Source: an uncultured Solobacterium sp.
GTDB lineage: Bacteria > Bacillota_I > Bacilli_A > Erysipelotrichales > Erysipelotrichaceae
Length of the DNA: 64,000 nt
Assembly (NCBI GenBank): GCA_900546285.1
Contig: URCJ01000001.1
Span: 40,590 to 104,589 of the forward strand
Reading direction: 5' to 3'
Shown here: piece by piece, positions 45,256 to 57,079 of the stretch
How the letters are laid out: the number at the start of each line of letters is the position of its first letter
How positions within the stretch are numbered: the first letter of the stretch is position 1
Position numbers and translations under genes: made by a program
Notes under the pieces: generated by a model
Seen by the model: the letters and a program-made list of their open reading frames with translations, nothing else
The model's database searches: none
What the model was told of the DNA's origin: nothing

Positions 45256-47886
45256 CTATCTAGGGAACTTGATAGCAGCTTGAGCAGCAGCAAGTCTTGC
45301 GATAGGTACTCTATAAGGTGAGCAAGAAACATAATTTAATCCAACTTTATGGAAGAATTCGATAGAAGAAGGATCACCACCATGTTCACCACATACACCT
45401 AACTTGATATTAGGTCTTGTAGCTCTACCTTGGTCAGCAGCTAGTTTAACTAGTACGCCTACACCTCTTTGGTCAACTCTTTGGAATGGATCTTGTTCAT
45501 AGATCTTAGCGTTGTAGTAATCACCTAAGAACTTAGCAGCATCATCTCTTGAGAAACCAAATGTCATTTGTGTTAAGTCGTTTGTACCGAATGAGAAGAA
45601 TTCAGCTTCTCTAGCGATTTCACCAGCTAAGATAGCAGCACGAGGGATTTCAATCATAGTACCAACATGGTAGCTTAACTTGATATCACTTCTAGCAATC
45701 ATTTCTTGAGCAGTCTTAACAACGATATCCTTAACGAACTTTAATTCCTTAACATCACCAACAAGTGGGATCATGATTTCAGGAACTACATTCCAATCTG
45801 GATGCTTTCTTTGAGTATTAATAGCAGCACCGATAACAGCCTTAGTTTGAGTTTCAGCAATTTCAGGATAAGTAACAGCTAATCTACAACCTCTATGACC
45901 CATCATTGGGTTAACTTCATGTAAGTTAGCGATAATAGCCTTTAATTCATCAACTGGCATGTTCATATCAGCAGCTAATTCAACGATTTCCTTTTCGCCT
46001 GTAGGAACGAATTCATGCAAAGGTGGATCTAAGTAACGAATAGTCACTGGATTGCCTTCCATAGCTTCATAGATACCTTCGAAGTCAGCTTGTTGTAAAG
46101 CTAATACTTTTTCAAGAGCTGCCTTTCTTTGTTCAACAGTCTTAGAAACGATCATTTCTCTGATAGCCTTGATCTTAGTAGCTTCGAAGAACATATGTTC
46201 AGTTCTAACAAGGCCAATACCTTCAGCACCGAATTCTAATGCTTGCTTAGCATCACGAGGAGTATCAGCATTAGTTCTAATCTTTAGATCTCTTCTTTCA
46301 TCAGCCCAGTCCATGAAACGCTTGAAGTAACCAGAGATTGTAGCAGGTTCTGTAGGAATAGCTTCGCCATATACGCAACCTGTAGTACCATCTAATGAAA
46401 TCCAATCGAATTCATGATATGTCTTGCCATTTAATTCAAATGTCTTAGTTTCATAGTTGATCTTAATATCACCACAACCAGATACACAGCATTCACCCAT
46501 ACCTCTAGCAACTACAGCAGCGTGAGATGTCATACCACCTCTAACTGTTAGTACACCTTCAGCAACAGCCATACCTTCGATATCTTCTGGAGAAGTTTCA
46601 AGTCTTACTAGAACTACCTTCTTACCCTTAGCATGTTCTTCCTTAGCATCTTCAGCTGAGAATACGATTTGACCACATGCAGCACCAGGAGAAGCAGCTA
46701 GACCCTTAGTAATAGGAGTAGCACTCTTTAATGCTTCAGCATTGAATTGAGGGTGTAATAGAGAATCTAATTGCTTAGGTTCAACCATCAATAATGCCTT
46801 ATCAGTATCAACTAAACCTTCATCAACCATGTCACAAGCAATCTTTAATGCAGCAGCAGCTGTACGCTTACCGTTTCTTGTTTGTAACATGAATAATTTC
46901 TTATGTTCGATAGTGAATTCCATATCTTGCATATCATGGTAATGATGTTCAAGAGTATCACAAATCTTCTTGAATTCTTCATAAGCTTCAGGCATAACTT
47001 CCTTAAGTTGATCGATTGTTTGTGGAGTTCTAACACCAGCAACAACGTCTTCACCTTGAGCATTCATTAAGAATTCACCAAATAACTTATTCTCACCAGT
47101 AGCTGGGTTTCTTGTGAAGGCAACACCTGTACCACAATCATCACCCATGTTACCGAATACCATCATTTGAACGTTAACTGCAGTTCCCCAAGAAGATGGG
47201 ATATCATTTTCCTTACGATAGAAGATAGCTCTTGGGTTATTCCAAGATCTGAATACTGCCTCGATAGCTCTTTCTAATTGAACATTAGTGTCTTGAGGGA
47301 AGTCTTCATTTAAGTTTTCCTTATAGAATGCCTTAAATCTTCTAACTAATTCTTCCATATCAGCTACATCAAGTTCAGTATCAAGCTTAACGCCCTTAGC
47401 TTCCTTAACTTCGTCGATAATTTCTTCGAAACGCTTCTTAGATAATTCCATTACAACGTCTGAGAACATTTGAATGAAACGTCTATAAGAGTCATAAGCG
47501 AAACGTCTATTACCAGTCTTTTCGGCAATTGTTTCAACAACCTTATCATTGATACCTAGGTTAAGAATTGTATCCATCATACCAGGCATACTTGCTCTTG
47601 CTCCAGATCTAACTGAAACAAGAAGAGGGTTGTTTTCATCACCTAACTTCTTGCCAGCTTGTTCTTCAAGTTTAGCTAAAGATTCTTTAACTTGAGCCAT
47701 GATGTCGTCGTTAATTTTCTTACCGTCATCATAGTAAGCTGTACAAGCTTCAGTTGAAATTGTGAAACCAAAAGGAACAGGTAGTCCTAGACTTGACATT
47801 TCAGCTAAGTTAGCACCCTTACCACCAAGAAGTTCACGCATGCTTGCATTGCCTTCTGCAAACATATAAACATATTTCTTGCTCAT
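45256..47886 (-). CDS. ppdK: Pyruvate, phosphate dikinase
   Basis: 876 aa; N-terminal ATP-grasp region MSKKYVYMFAEG...LGGKGANLAEM; phospho-His region GGMTSHAAVVARGMG; C-terminal PEP-utilising domain. Confidence 0.95.
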   Translation of the reverse strand: MSKKYVYMFAEGNASMRELLGGKGANLAEMSSLGLPVPFGFTISTEACTAYYDDGKKINDDIMAQVKESLAKLEEQAGKKLGDENNPLLVSVRSGARASMPGMMDTILNLGINDKVVETIAEKTGNRRFAYDSYRRFIQMFSDVVMELSKKRFEEIIDEVKEAKGVKLDTELDVADMEELVRRFKAFYKENLNEDFPQDTNVQLERAIEAVFRSWNNPRAIFYRKENDIPSSWGTAVNVQMMVFGNMGDDCGTGVAFTRNPATGENKLFGEFLMNAQGEDVVAGVRTPQTIDQLKEVMPEAYEEFKKICDTLEHHYHDMQDMEFTIEHKKLFMLQTRNGKRTAAAALKIACDMVDEGLVDTDKALLMVEPKQLDSLLHPQFNAEALKSATPITKGLAASPGAACGQIVFSAEDAKEEHAKGKKVVLVRLETSPEDIEGMAVAEGVLTVRGGMTSHAAVVARGMGECCVSGCGDIKINYETKTFELNGKTYHEFDWISLDGTTGCVYGEAIPTEPATISGYFKRFMDWADERRDLKIRTNADTPRDAKQALEFGAEGIGLVRTEHMFFEATKIKAIREMIVSKTVEQRKAALEKVLALQQADFEGIYEAMEGNPVTIRYLDPPLHEFVPTGEKEIVELAADMNMPVDELKAIIANLHEVNPMMGHRGCRLAVTYPEIAETQTKAVIGAAINTQRKHPDWNVVPEIMIPLVGDVKELKFVKDIVVKTAQEMIARSDIKLSYHVGTMIEIPRAAILAGEIAREAEFFSFGTNDLTQMTFGFSRDDAAKFLGDYYNAKIYEQDPFQRVDQRGVGVLVKLAADQGRATRPNIKLGVCGEHGGDPSSIEFFHKVGLNYVSCSPYRVPIARLAAAQAAIKFPR

Positions 47887-48126
47887 CTATTTTTTCTCCT
47901 TCTTTAATTAGCTATACTATTATATCAACTTTATAAGCTTATCTTTAATATTTATATGTAAAAATGTATTAAAGTTATTTCAATTTTACCGGAAATGCAA
48001 AACGCTTACAAAAACATAATGTCTATATTAATAAGGAAAGCGATTACGTGTTCTTTTTAACATTAATATTTTTGTATGTAAAATTGCGCATATTTGGCAC
48101 TTTATTAGAAAACACGGGCAAAAAAC

Positions 48127-48471
48127 TTGTGCTATAATACGGCCATGAGCAAAAAAAGTTTTTTTAGTGAGCTTTTATTAAGTTTATTAATCGCACTGGT
48201 ATTTTTGCTTATAAACTATAAGATTTCATTAGGTGTGTTACTAGGATTCACCTTTTCTTTCCTAAATTATCGCCTAATTGAATATCGCTATAATCACCTA
48301 GATACTTATAATTCTTGGGTGGTTCTTGGAGCATTATTTAGTACTATGGTACTAGCTGTTCCTCTTGTGATTAGCTTTTTATTACCGAATATATTTAATT
48401 ATATTGGCGTAATGATAGGCTTACTTGTTATTAAGGTTAAATTGATTATCGAGGCTGTTATTAAAAAATGA
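48127..48471 (+). CDS. Small hydrophobic ATP synthase-associated protein (AtpI/AtpZ-like); start uncertain
   Basis: 114 aa with 3-4 TM helices immediately upstream of and overlapping atpB. Confidence 0.4.
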   Translation: MCYNTAMSKKSFFSELLLSLLIALVFLLINYKISLGVLLGFTFSFLNYRLIEYRYNHLDTYNSWVVLGALFSTMVLAVPLVISFLLPNIFNYIGVMIGLLVIKVKLIIEAVIKK

Positions 48472-49157
48472 CTATTACAATTCAAGCACATGTATTCTCT
48501 ATTTTAATTATTTCAGCAATCTTGGCAGTTATTCTGCTGATACTGAATAAGGCACTTAGAGAATTTGATCCCTATTCGGAGCCAAAGGGACTAGTATTAT
48601 TGGCTCTAACTGCTGTTGAAATGGTAGATAATTCAGTTAAAGCTGACGTTAATGATGAGATTTTTGATTACTTAGGTCCTTATGTTGGATACTTATGGGG
48701 TTACATCTTCTTGTCTTCAATATCAGGGTTGTTTGGTAACCAAGCTGTTCCTACTGGGAACTTCTCAGTTACTTTGACTTTAGCTATTATTACTATCACG
48801 ATGGTTGAAGTAAATAGTATTAAGTACAATGGTATTAAAAACTATGTTAAGGGTTTATTTGAACCAATGTTTTTATTTTTACCAATGAACTTAATGGGTA
48901 AGATTTCACCAGTTATTTCTATGTCAATGCGTCTTTTCGCTAATGTTTTAGCGGGATCAATCATTATGACATTGTTCTATACGTTCTCAGGGTATGTATC
49001 TAGTCTTGTTCCACTAATTGGAAAATTTGACTTTGTGGGTGTAGCTTTGGCTCCCGTACTTCATTCATACTTTGACTTAATTTCTAGTTTGTTGCAGACG
49101 TTTATCTTTACGTCTTTAACAATTATATTTATCGGAAAAGAATTGCCAGAAAAATAA
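48468..49157 (+). CDS. atpB: F0F1 ATP synthase subunit a
   Basis: 229 aa polytopic protein with the conserved MRLFANVLAG Arg region. Confidence 0.85.
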   Translation: MTITIQAHVFSILIISAILAVILLILNKALREFDPYSEPKGLVLLALTAVEMVDNSVKADVNDEIFDYLGPYVGYLWGYIFLSSISGLFGNQAVPTGNFSVTLTLAIITITMVEVNSIKYNGIKNYVKGLFEPMFLFLPMNLMGKISPVISMSMRLFANVLAGSIIMTLFYTFSGYVSSLVPLIGKFDFVGVALAPVLHSYFDLISSLLQTFIFTSLTIIFIGKELPEK

Positions 49158-49170
49158 GGAGGTTTTATTC

Positions 49171-49401
49171 ATGGAATTAGAAAGAGGATTAATCGCAATC
49201 GCTGCTGCTATCGCAGTATTCACAGGTTTTGGTACTGCATTAGGTGAAGGTAATGTAGGTGCAAAGGCTGTAGAAGCAATTGGTAAGAACCCAGATGCTG
49301 CTGATAAGATCAGATCACAAGCAATCGTTGGTGCTGCCATTTCAGAAACTTGTGCTATTTACGGTCTATTAATTTCTTTATTGTTGATTTTCGTTTACTA
49401 A
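49171..49401 (+). CDS. atpE: F0F1 ATP synthase subunit c
   Basis: 76 aa hairpin protein with a conserved carboxylate (AISETCAIYGL). Confidence 0.9.
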   Translation: MELERGLIAIAAAIAVFTGFGTALGEGNVGAKAVEAIGKNPDAADKIRSQAIVGAAISETCAIYGLLISLLLIFVY

Positions 49402-49419
49402 GGATCAAAAGGGTAAGAG

Positions 49420-49920
49420 ATGACTTTTGATATTCAAGGTGTACTATTTCCCAATTGGATCACGATGCTTGTCCAGCTTTGTTCAACGCTGGTTCTATTT
49501 TTACTTTGTAAAAAGTTATTATGGAAGCCTGCTAGAGATATTCTAGCTAAAAGAAGAGATAAGATGAATGAAAATCTTATGTCTTCACAAAAGTTAAGAG
49601 AAGATGCTTCTGCTGAACTTGATAAGGCTAAGGAAGAATTGGAACATGCTCGTAACAGATCTGGTGAAATAGTTGAGAGTGCTCGTAAAGAGGCTGAAAA
49701 TCTAAGGGCTGAGATTGTTAATAAGGCTAATAGTGAGGCTAGTGCTAAGTTGGCTTTGGCTGATAAGGAAATCGAACAAAAAGAAAGGGATGCTCAAGAT
49801 AGAATCCACGATGAAATGGTCGATGTTGCGATGGCTGCTGTTAGTAAACTTATGCAAGATAAAGCTACTTCTAGCGATGATAAGAAGGCTATTGAAGACT
49901 TTATTGGAGAGAAGAAATGA
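49420..49920 (+). CDS. atpF: F0F1 ATP synthase subunit b
   Basis: One N-terminal TM followed by a long charged helix. Confidence 0.85.
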   Translation: MTFDIQGVLFPNWITMLVQLCSTLVLFLLCKKLLWKPARDILAKRRDKMNENLMSSQKLREDASAELDKAKEELEHARNRSGEIVESARKEAENLRAEIVNKANSEASAKLALADKEIEQKERDAQDRIHDEMVDVAMAAVSKLMQDKATSSDDKKAIEDFIGEKK

Positions 49921-50462
49921 GTGTTTTAGCTAAGCGTTATGGTGAAGGACTTTTCTCTTTAGCACTTGAAAAAAATAAGGTAGCTGAATATAAGGAACAA
50001 ATTGATTTTGTTAAGATAACTTTTGATGAATCTAATGTGCTTCCTTTTATAAAAAGCTATAAGGTTTCTAAAGAGGAGAAAAAAGATCTTGTCAAGAATG
50101 CATTTGATAAGCATGTAGATCAATATGTCTTGAATTTCTTATTCTTGCTTATTGATAAAGATCGCATGGTTTATTATGATGACATTTTTGATGAATTTCA
50201 TAAGCTTTGTAACGAACAATTAAAGATAAAAGAAGGCATTATTGAAACGGCTAGAGAACTAGATGAAGAGTCAATTAAGAAACTTGAGAAAGCCTTAAGT
50301 GATGGTGAATATACTGTTGTTCTTAAGCCAAAAATCAATAAGGACCTTATTTCAGGTTTCCGTGTGACTATTGAAGAAAAGGTAATCGATAACACGATGA
50401 AACAAAGGATTAAACAGATGGAAGAGATTTTAAAGAGAAAGGATGGTGTCTATGGAGCTTAA
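49917..50462 (+). CDS. atpH: F0F1 ATP synthase subunit delta
   Basis: Position in the operon; 181 aa OSCP-like. Confidence 0.8.
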   Translation: MSVLAKRYGEGLFSLALEKNKVAEYKEQIDFVKITFDESNVLPFIKSYKVSKEEKKDLVKNAFDKHVDQYVLNFLFLLIDKDRMVYYDDIFDEFHKLCNEQLKIKEGIIETARELDEESIKKLEKALSDGEYTVVLKPKINKDLISGFRVTIEEKVIDNTMKQRIKQMEEILKRKDGVYGA

Positions 50463-51972
50463 GGCAAGTGAAATTAGTGCTTTAATTAAGAAACAAATTG
50501 AGAATTATAGTGCTGAAATTAAAGCCGACGATGTAGGTACTATCGTTAAAATTGGTGATGGTATTGCCATTATCCAAGGACTTGAAAATGCCATGTCTAG
50601 TGAACTTTTGGAGTTTCCAGGTGGCGTATATGGAATGGTCCTAAATCTTGAGGAAGATAGTGTTGGTGCGGTTTTACTTGGTGATGATACTAATATCAAA
50701 GAAAATGATGAAGTAAAAAGAACTGGTAGAATCGTTGAAGTTCCAGTAGGCGATGAGATGCTTGGTAGAGTTGTAAATGCTCTAGGACAAGCAATCGATG
50801 GTAAGGAACCTATTAACGCTAAGAAGTTTCGTCCTGTAGAAAGAGTTGCTCCTGGTGTTATGACTCGTAAGTCAGTATGCCAACCTCTTATGACAGGTTT
50901 GAAGGTTGTTGACTCAATGATTCCTATTGGTAAGGGTCAAAGAGAATTGATCATCGGTGATAGACAAACTGGTAAGACAGCTATCGCAACTGATGCGATT
51001 ATCAACCAAAAGGGTAAGAATGTAAATTGTATTTATGTTGCCATTGGTCAAAAGGCAAGTACAGTTGCTCAAATTAGTGAAAAGTTAAGACAACACGGTG
51101 CTATGGAATATACAACTATTGTATGTGCTAGTGCTAGTGAACTTGCTCCACTTCAATATCTTGCACCTTATGCAGGTTGTGCTATTGGTGAAGAGTGGAT
51201 GGAACAAGGCAAGGATGTCTTAATCGTATATGATGACTTAAGTAAGCATGCGGTAGCTTATCGTACAATGTCTTTACTATTACGTCGTCCTCCAGGTAGA
51301 GAAGCTTATCCCGGCGATGTTTTCTACTTGCATTCAAGATTGCTTGAAAGAGCTGCTAAGTTGTCTGATGAATTAGGTGGTGGTTCATTAACTGCCTTAC
51401 CTATTATTGAAACTCAAGCAGGTGATATTTCTGCATATATCCCAACTAATGTAATTTCAATTACTGATGGTCAGATTTTCTTACAAACAGAATTATTCAA
51501 TTCAGGTGTAAGACCTGCAGTTGATTCTGGTCTTTCTGTAAGTAGAGTAGGTAGTGCTGCTCAAACTAAGGCTATGAAGGCTGTATCAAGTTCATTAAAG
51601 CTTGATTTAGCTCAATACCATGAATTATTATCATTTGCACAATTTGGTAGTGATTTGGATGCAGCTACTAAGGCTACTATTGAAAAGGGTGCTCGTTTAA
51701 CTGAACTACTTAAACAAGCACAATATTCACCTCTTTCAATGAGTGAACAAGTATTATCTTTATTTGCAGCTAAGTATGGTTTCTTAAAGGAACTTCCTAT
51801 TGAAAAAGTAAGAGACTTTGAAACTTATATGCTTAAGACTTATAAGGAAAAGTATAGTGATCTTGTTAAGGAGATTGAAGAGAAACAAATTTTATCTGAT
51901 GAGCTAGTTGCTAAGTTGAAAGATGCTACTGCTGCTATCTTAAAAGATTATAAAGAAATTTATGGTGCTTAA
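50443..51972 (+). CDS. atpA: F0F1 ATP synthase subunit alpha
   Basis: P-loop [11 protein letters not shown]; 509 aa. Confidence 0.95.
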   Translation: MVSMELKASEISALIKKQIENYSAEIKADDVGTIVKIGDGIAIIQGLENAMSSELLEFPGGVYGMVLNLEEDSVGAVLLGDDTNIKENDEVKRTGRIVEVPVGDEMLGRVVNALGQAIDGKEPINAKKFRPVERVAPGVMTRKSVCQPLMTGLKVVDSMIPIGKGQRELIIGDRQTGKTAIATDAIINQKGKNVNCIYVAIGQKASTVAQISEKLRQHGAMEYTTIVCASASELAPLQYLAPYAGCAIGEEWMEQGKDVLIVYDDLSKHAVAYRTMSLLLRRPPGREAYPGDVFYLHSRLLERAAKLSDELGGGSLTALPIIETQAGDISAYIPTNVISITDGQIFLQTELFNSGVRPAVDSGLSVSRVGSAAQTKAMKAVSSSLKLDLAQYHELLSFAQFGSDLDAATKATIEKGARLTELLKQAQYSPLSMSEQVLSLFAAKYGFLKELPIEKVRDFETYMLKTYKEKYSDLVKEIEEKQILSDELVAKLKDATAAILKDYKEIYGA

Positions 51973-51974
51973 TT

Positions 51975-52814
51975 ATGGCAGGAAATAAAGCAGCTATTAA
52001 ATCTAGAATTAAGTCAATTAATTCTACTAAGAAGATCACTGGTGCCATGGAACTTATTTCTAATGTCAAATTGACAAAGAATCGTTCTTTGATGCTTAAG
52101 AATAGAGCCTATGCAGGTGCTTTGGAAGATATGGTTGCGAATATGCTTAGTGGTGAGATGATTAGTGAAAATGATTATCTAACTATTAAGGATGCCAAAG
52201 AAAAATTATATTTTGTGTTTACAAGTGATATGGGCTTGTGTGGTGGTTACAACATCAACATTGAAAAGCTTATTAAAGAGACTGTTTCTAAAGATGACTA
52301 TATTATCTTTATTGGAAACAAGAACTATGCTTCTATTAAAAAACTTGGCTATAACATCATTAATGAGATGACAAGCTCAGATACTGCCGATTATATGCTT
52401 ATTAAAGAATATGCAGATAAGGCATTAGAGATGTATCGCTTGAACAAGATTAATTCAATTAATGTTATCTACACTTGTTTTGTCAACAACATCAACTTTA
52501 AGACTACTGTGTTCTCAGTGTTGCCGGGTGAAAAGAAGGATGATGAAAAAAGAGAATATAAGCAGATTGAATTTGAACCAAGTGCGGATGAAATCCTTAA
52601 GGATTTAATTCCGATGATGGTTGAGAGTCAAATCTATTCAAAGTATCTTGAGTCTAAGACAAGTGAACATGGTAATCGTCGTTTTGCGATGGAGAATGCA
52701 ACTGATAACGCTAATGAGCTTACAGATAACTTATTGTTAGCTTATAACCAGGCAAGACAGGCCGCAATTACTCAGGAGATTACTGAGATTGTTTCTGGCG
52801 CTGATGCCCTATAG
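51975..52814 (+). CDS. atpG: F0F1 ATP synthase subunit gamma
   Basis: 279 aa between alpha and beta. Confidence 0.9.
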   Translation: MAGNKAAIKSRIKSINSTKKITGAMELISNVKLTKNRSLMLKNRAYAGALEDMVANMLSGEMISENDYLTIKDAKEKLYFVFTSDMGLCGGYNINIEKLIKETVSKDDYIIFIGNKNYASIKKLGYNIINEMTSSDTADYMLIKEYADKALEMYRLNKINSINVIYTCFVNNINFKTTVFSVLPGEKKDDEKREYKQIEFEPSADEILKDLIPMMVESQIYSKYLESKTSEHGNRRFAMENATDNANELTDNLLLAYNQARQAAITQEITEIVSGADAL

Positions 52815-52823
52815 GAGAAATAA

Positions 52824-54593
<1,770 letters not shown>

Positions 54594-54606
<13 letters not shown>

Positions 54607-54621
54607 GATGCAATTTTTTTT
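54594..54621 (+). terminator. Terminator of the atp operon
   Basis: TTGCATC-ttag-GATGCAA spanning the atpC stop, followed by T9. Confidence 0.55.
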
Positions 54622-54696
54622 ATAATTTGCTTGATTTTCATAATTTAAAAGGAATACTTGCTAAATTTTAAAATCGATGTCTTTATAATACAAAAT

Positions 54697-54774
54697 AAGT
54701 TTTTAAAAACCTAAAAATATATTGACATTAAGTTTTTAAAAACCTATACTGTAATTGTAAGTTTTAAAAAACTT
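54697..54774 (+). promoter_or_regulatory. Promoter (TTGACA-17-TATACT) overlapped by three near-palindromic direct repeats AAGTTTTTAAAAACCT, candidate operator array
   Basis: Repeat copies at 54697-54712, 54730-54745 and 54759-54774. The -35 is at 54722-54727 and the -10 at 54745-54750. Copy 2 fills the spacer and copy 3 covers the start region. Confidence 0.55.
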
Positions 54775-54791
54775 AAAAAGGAGACATAAAT

Positions 54792-56483
54792 ATGCTTAAC
54801 TCTAATTTTCAATACAATATGAATCAGTTGATGAAGGAATCGGAACAGCCATATATTAGATATGATTGTGATAAAAGTTCAATGGTACTATGTTGCTTTT
54901 TACTTTGGGCTAAAAAGCAAAATGATTCATCTAATAACGAATTAATAATGGAAATCATCAAAAATTTAAATTTAAAAAAAGAATTTGATTTAGCGAAATT
55001 TGAGTCACTATACGAATATAGTGTTGAAGATTGCATTGTGACAATTAAAGAAATAATTAATTTAAATAATAACGATTATGAAGACGCAGTATTTTCTGGT
55101 TCTGCTTCGTTAAATGAATTAGTGATTGATCTGTTGAATTTAAAGTCGAATGAATCGTTTTGTGATTTTGGTAGCGGAGATGGCAGATTTTTATCACTTG
55201 TTGCAACTGATGCTAATAATAAAAAAATCAATTGTACTTATACAGGATATGAAGTATCAATCAAGCAAGTCTTAATATCCAAATGTTTGATGAAAGTACT
55301 AGGAGTTGAAGCAGAAATCATCAATCGCGATTATGCAAGAGAGAAAATTGAGAATCAATTTGATAAAGCATATCTATTCCCACCTTTTGGTTTGCGTTAT
55401 TCTATTGCTGAATGGGAGTCTTTAAAAGGAGAGTTTGGCAGACTTTTTACATCTAGAAGTGAAACTGAACTGTTATATTTATTAAAAGTATTTAAAAATA
55501 TTAAGGAAAATGGAAAACTCATTGTTGTTCTTCCACAAGGAGTTGGATTTAGAAGCAGTGGTGTAGCGGTTCGAGAATATCTATTAGAGAACAATTTTGT
55601 AGAAGGAATTATATCGTTGCCAGCAAAGGTATTGACTAGAATATCAATACCTGTTGATTTATGGATTTTGACTAAAGAAACACAAAAAGAAAAAGGTGTT
55701 AAGATGTTAGATGCTACAAATATGATTGTTGAGTCTAAGTCTAAATTCAATGTCGAATTGGATACTAAAGGAATTTTAGAAGCATATTATAAAAACGCAA
55801 GACATGTATTTTTAAAAGATATAAAGGAGAACGAATATTCTTTATCAATTGGAATATATGAAACTTCTAAATTAATGAGCAAAATTTCTAATCCAGTACG
55901 AATCGGTGATGTTTGCAGTATCGAAAAGGGTTCGCAATATACAATATCTAAATTCAAGGATCAAATTTCAAGCACACCTACAGAGTATCAACTATTAGCT
56001 TCCATAAATATTCAAGATGGTATTGTTGAGTATGATTCGTTGACGTATATAAAGCCAGATCAAAAATTATTGAAATTTAAATTAGAAGAAGGAGATATTG
56101 TTATTACAACAAAATCAACTGTTGTTAAGACGTTTGTTGCAAATGATTTACCAGACAGAAACATTATTGTTACTGGTGGAATGATAATATTAAGACCTAA
56201 TACAATAAAAGTAAATCCAACTTATATAAAAATGTTTTTAGATTCTTCGATTGGTAAAAATGAATTTAAATCAATAATTAAGGGAACAACGATAGGTTTT
56301 ATTCCATTCAATGATTTTAAAGAGAAAATGATTATTTCTTGCCCTTCTTTGGACAAACAAAATAAGCTTGCGGAGCAATATAACAATACATTGTGGACTA
56401 TTAATACTTTAACCAAACAACTGGAAGATTCGAAAGCTAAGCTAGGAAACATTTTTGAGGAATCGTTGAGTGAGGATGATTGA
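54792..56483 (+). CDS. HsdM-like N6-adenine methyltransferase fused to a single Type I HsdS-type target recognition domain; motif IV reads FPPF
   Basis: Good RBS AAAAGGAG. SAM motif I DFGSGDGRFL. The motif IV position reads YLFPPFG, whereas the bona fide hsdM downstream has LANPPFN. The C-terminal 200 aa (VRIGDVCSIEKGSQ...TGGMIILRP...PSLDKQNKLAEQ) matches the HsdS TRD plus conserved helix pattern. Confidence 0.7.
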   Translation: MLNSNFQYNMNQLMKESEQPYIRYDCDKSSMVLCCFLLWAKKQNDSSNNELIMEIIKNLNLKKEFDLAKFESLYEYSVEDCIVTIKEIINLNNNDYEDAVFSGSASLNELVIDLLNLKSNESFCDFGSGDGRFLSLVATDANNKKINCTYTGYEVSIKQVLISKCLMKVLGVEAEIINRDYAREKIENQFDKAYLFPPFGLRYSIAEWESLKGEFGRLFTSRSETELLYLLKVFKNIKENGKLIVVLPQGVGFRSSGVAVREYLLENNFVEGIISLPAKVLTRISIPVDLWILTKETQKEKGVKMLDATNMIVESKSKFNVELDTKGILEAYYKNARHVFLKDIKENEYSLSIGIYETSKLMSKISNPVRIGDVCSIEKGSQYTISKFKDQISSTPTEYQLLASINIQDGIVEYDSLTYIKPDQKLLKFKLEEGDIVITTKSTVVKTFVANDLPDRNIIVTGGMIILRPNTIKVNPTYIKMFLDSSIGKNEFKSIIKGTTIGFIPFNDFKEKMIISCPSLDKQNKLAEQYNNTLWTINTLTKQLEDSKAKLGNIFEESLSEDD

Positions 56484-57006
56484 TATGGGATACACGTATA
56501 AAGATAAGTCTTGTATTTTGCAAAGAATAATTGATAAAGTAACAAAAGAAATATTCAATGCATCAAATGATTTAGAAATAGATGATATTATGGCCAAATA
56601 CGGCATAATGTTAGAAGAATCTATAGTGCCCATTAATAAAAGAACTTCAATGATTTTGGTGCTCGGAGCTTTACAAGGGAAGAAGTCAGGATATCAATTG
56701 ATAGCAAAAAAGCTATGTATTTCTGAGCAAAACATTCAATTTATTGATGACTACTCAAAGATGGACACTTTTAATGCAGAACAATTAAGATATTCAGATA
56801 AGTATTCAGATATTATTATTGGAGCGACTCCGCATAGCATGAAAAACAAGGGTGATTTTAGCAGTGTTATTACTATGATTGAAAATAATCCTAAAGAGTA
56901 TCCAAAACTATTAAAAGCGGTTGCAAACAATTCACTAAAAATAACCAATAGTAATTTTAAAGAATTGTTAAAACAAACCAGATACTATCAAGAGGTGATT
57001 GTGTAG
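56470..57006 (+). CDS. Hypothetical 178-aa protein, translationally coupled to the MTase-TRD fusion; alpha/beta (Rossmann-like) pattern; no family recognised
   Basis: Overlaps the upstream stop by 14 nt. It has alternating strand/helix segments (SMILVLGALQGKKSGYQLIAKKL...DIIIGATPHSMKNKGD) and no P-loop or nuclease motif that I can see. Confidence 0.45.
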   Translation: MRMIDMGYTYKDKSCILQRIIDKVTKEIFNASNDLEIDDIMAKYGIMLEESIVPINKRTSMILVLGALQGKKSGYQLIAKKLCISEQNIQFIDDYSKMDTFNAEQLRYSDKYSDIIIGATPHSMKNKGDFSSVITMIENNPKEYPKLLKAVANNSLKITNSNFKELLKQTRYYQEVIV

Positions 57007-57079
57007 GATATAATTTAAAAGATTTATGACTATTTTGTCGATATAATCAATAATGAAGTTAAAAGAAAGGATAATTAAT

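Noticed and set aside
56470-57006. P-loop NTPase assignment for the 178-aa protein (VLGALQGKKSG).
   Set aside because: The spacing is GxxxGKK (three residues between the glycines), not the Walker A GxxxxGK[ST]. No Walker B-like hhhhD(E) follows at the right distance.
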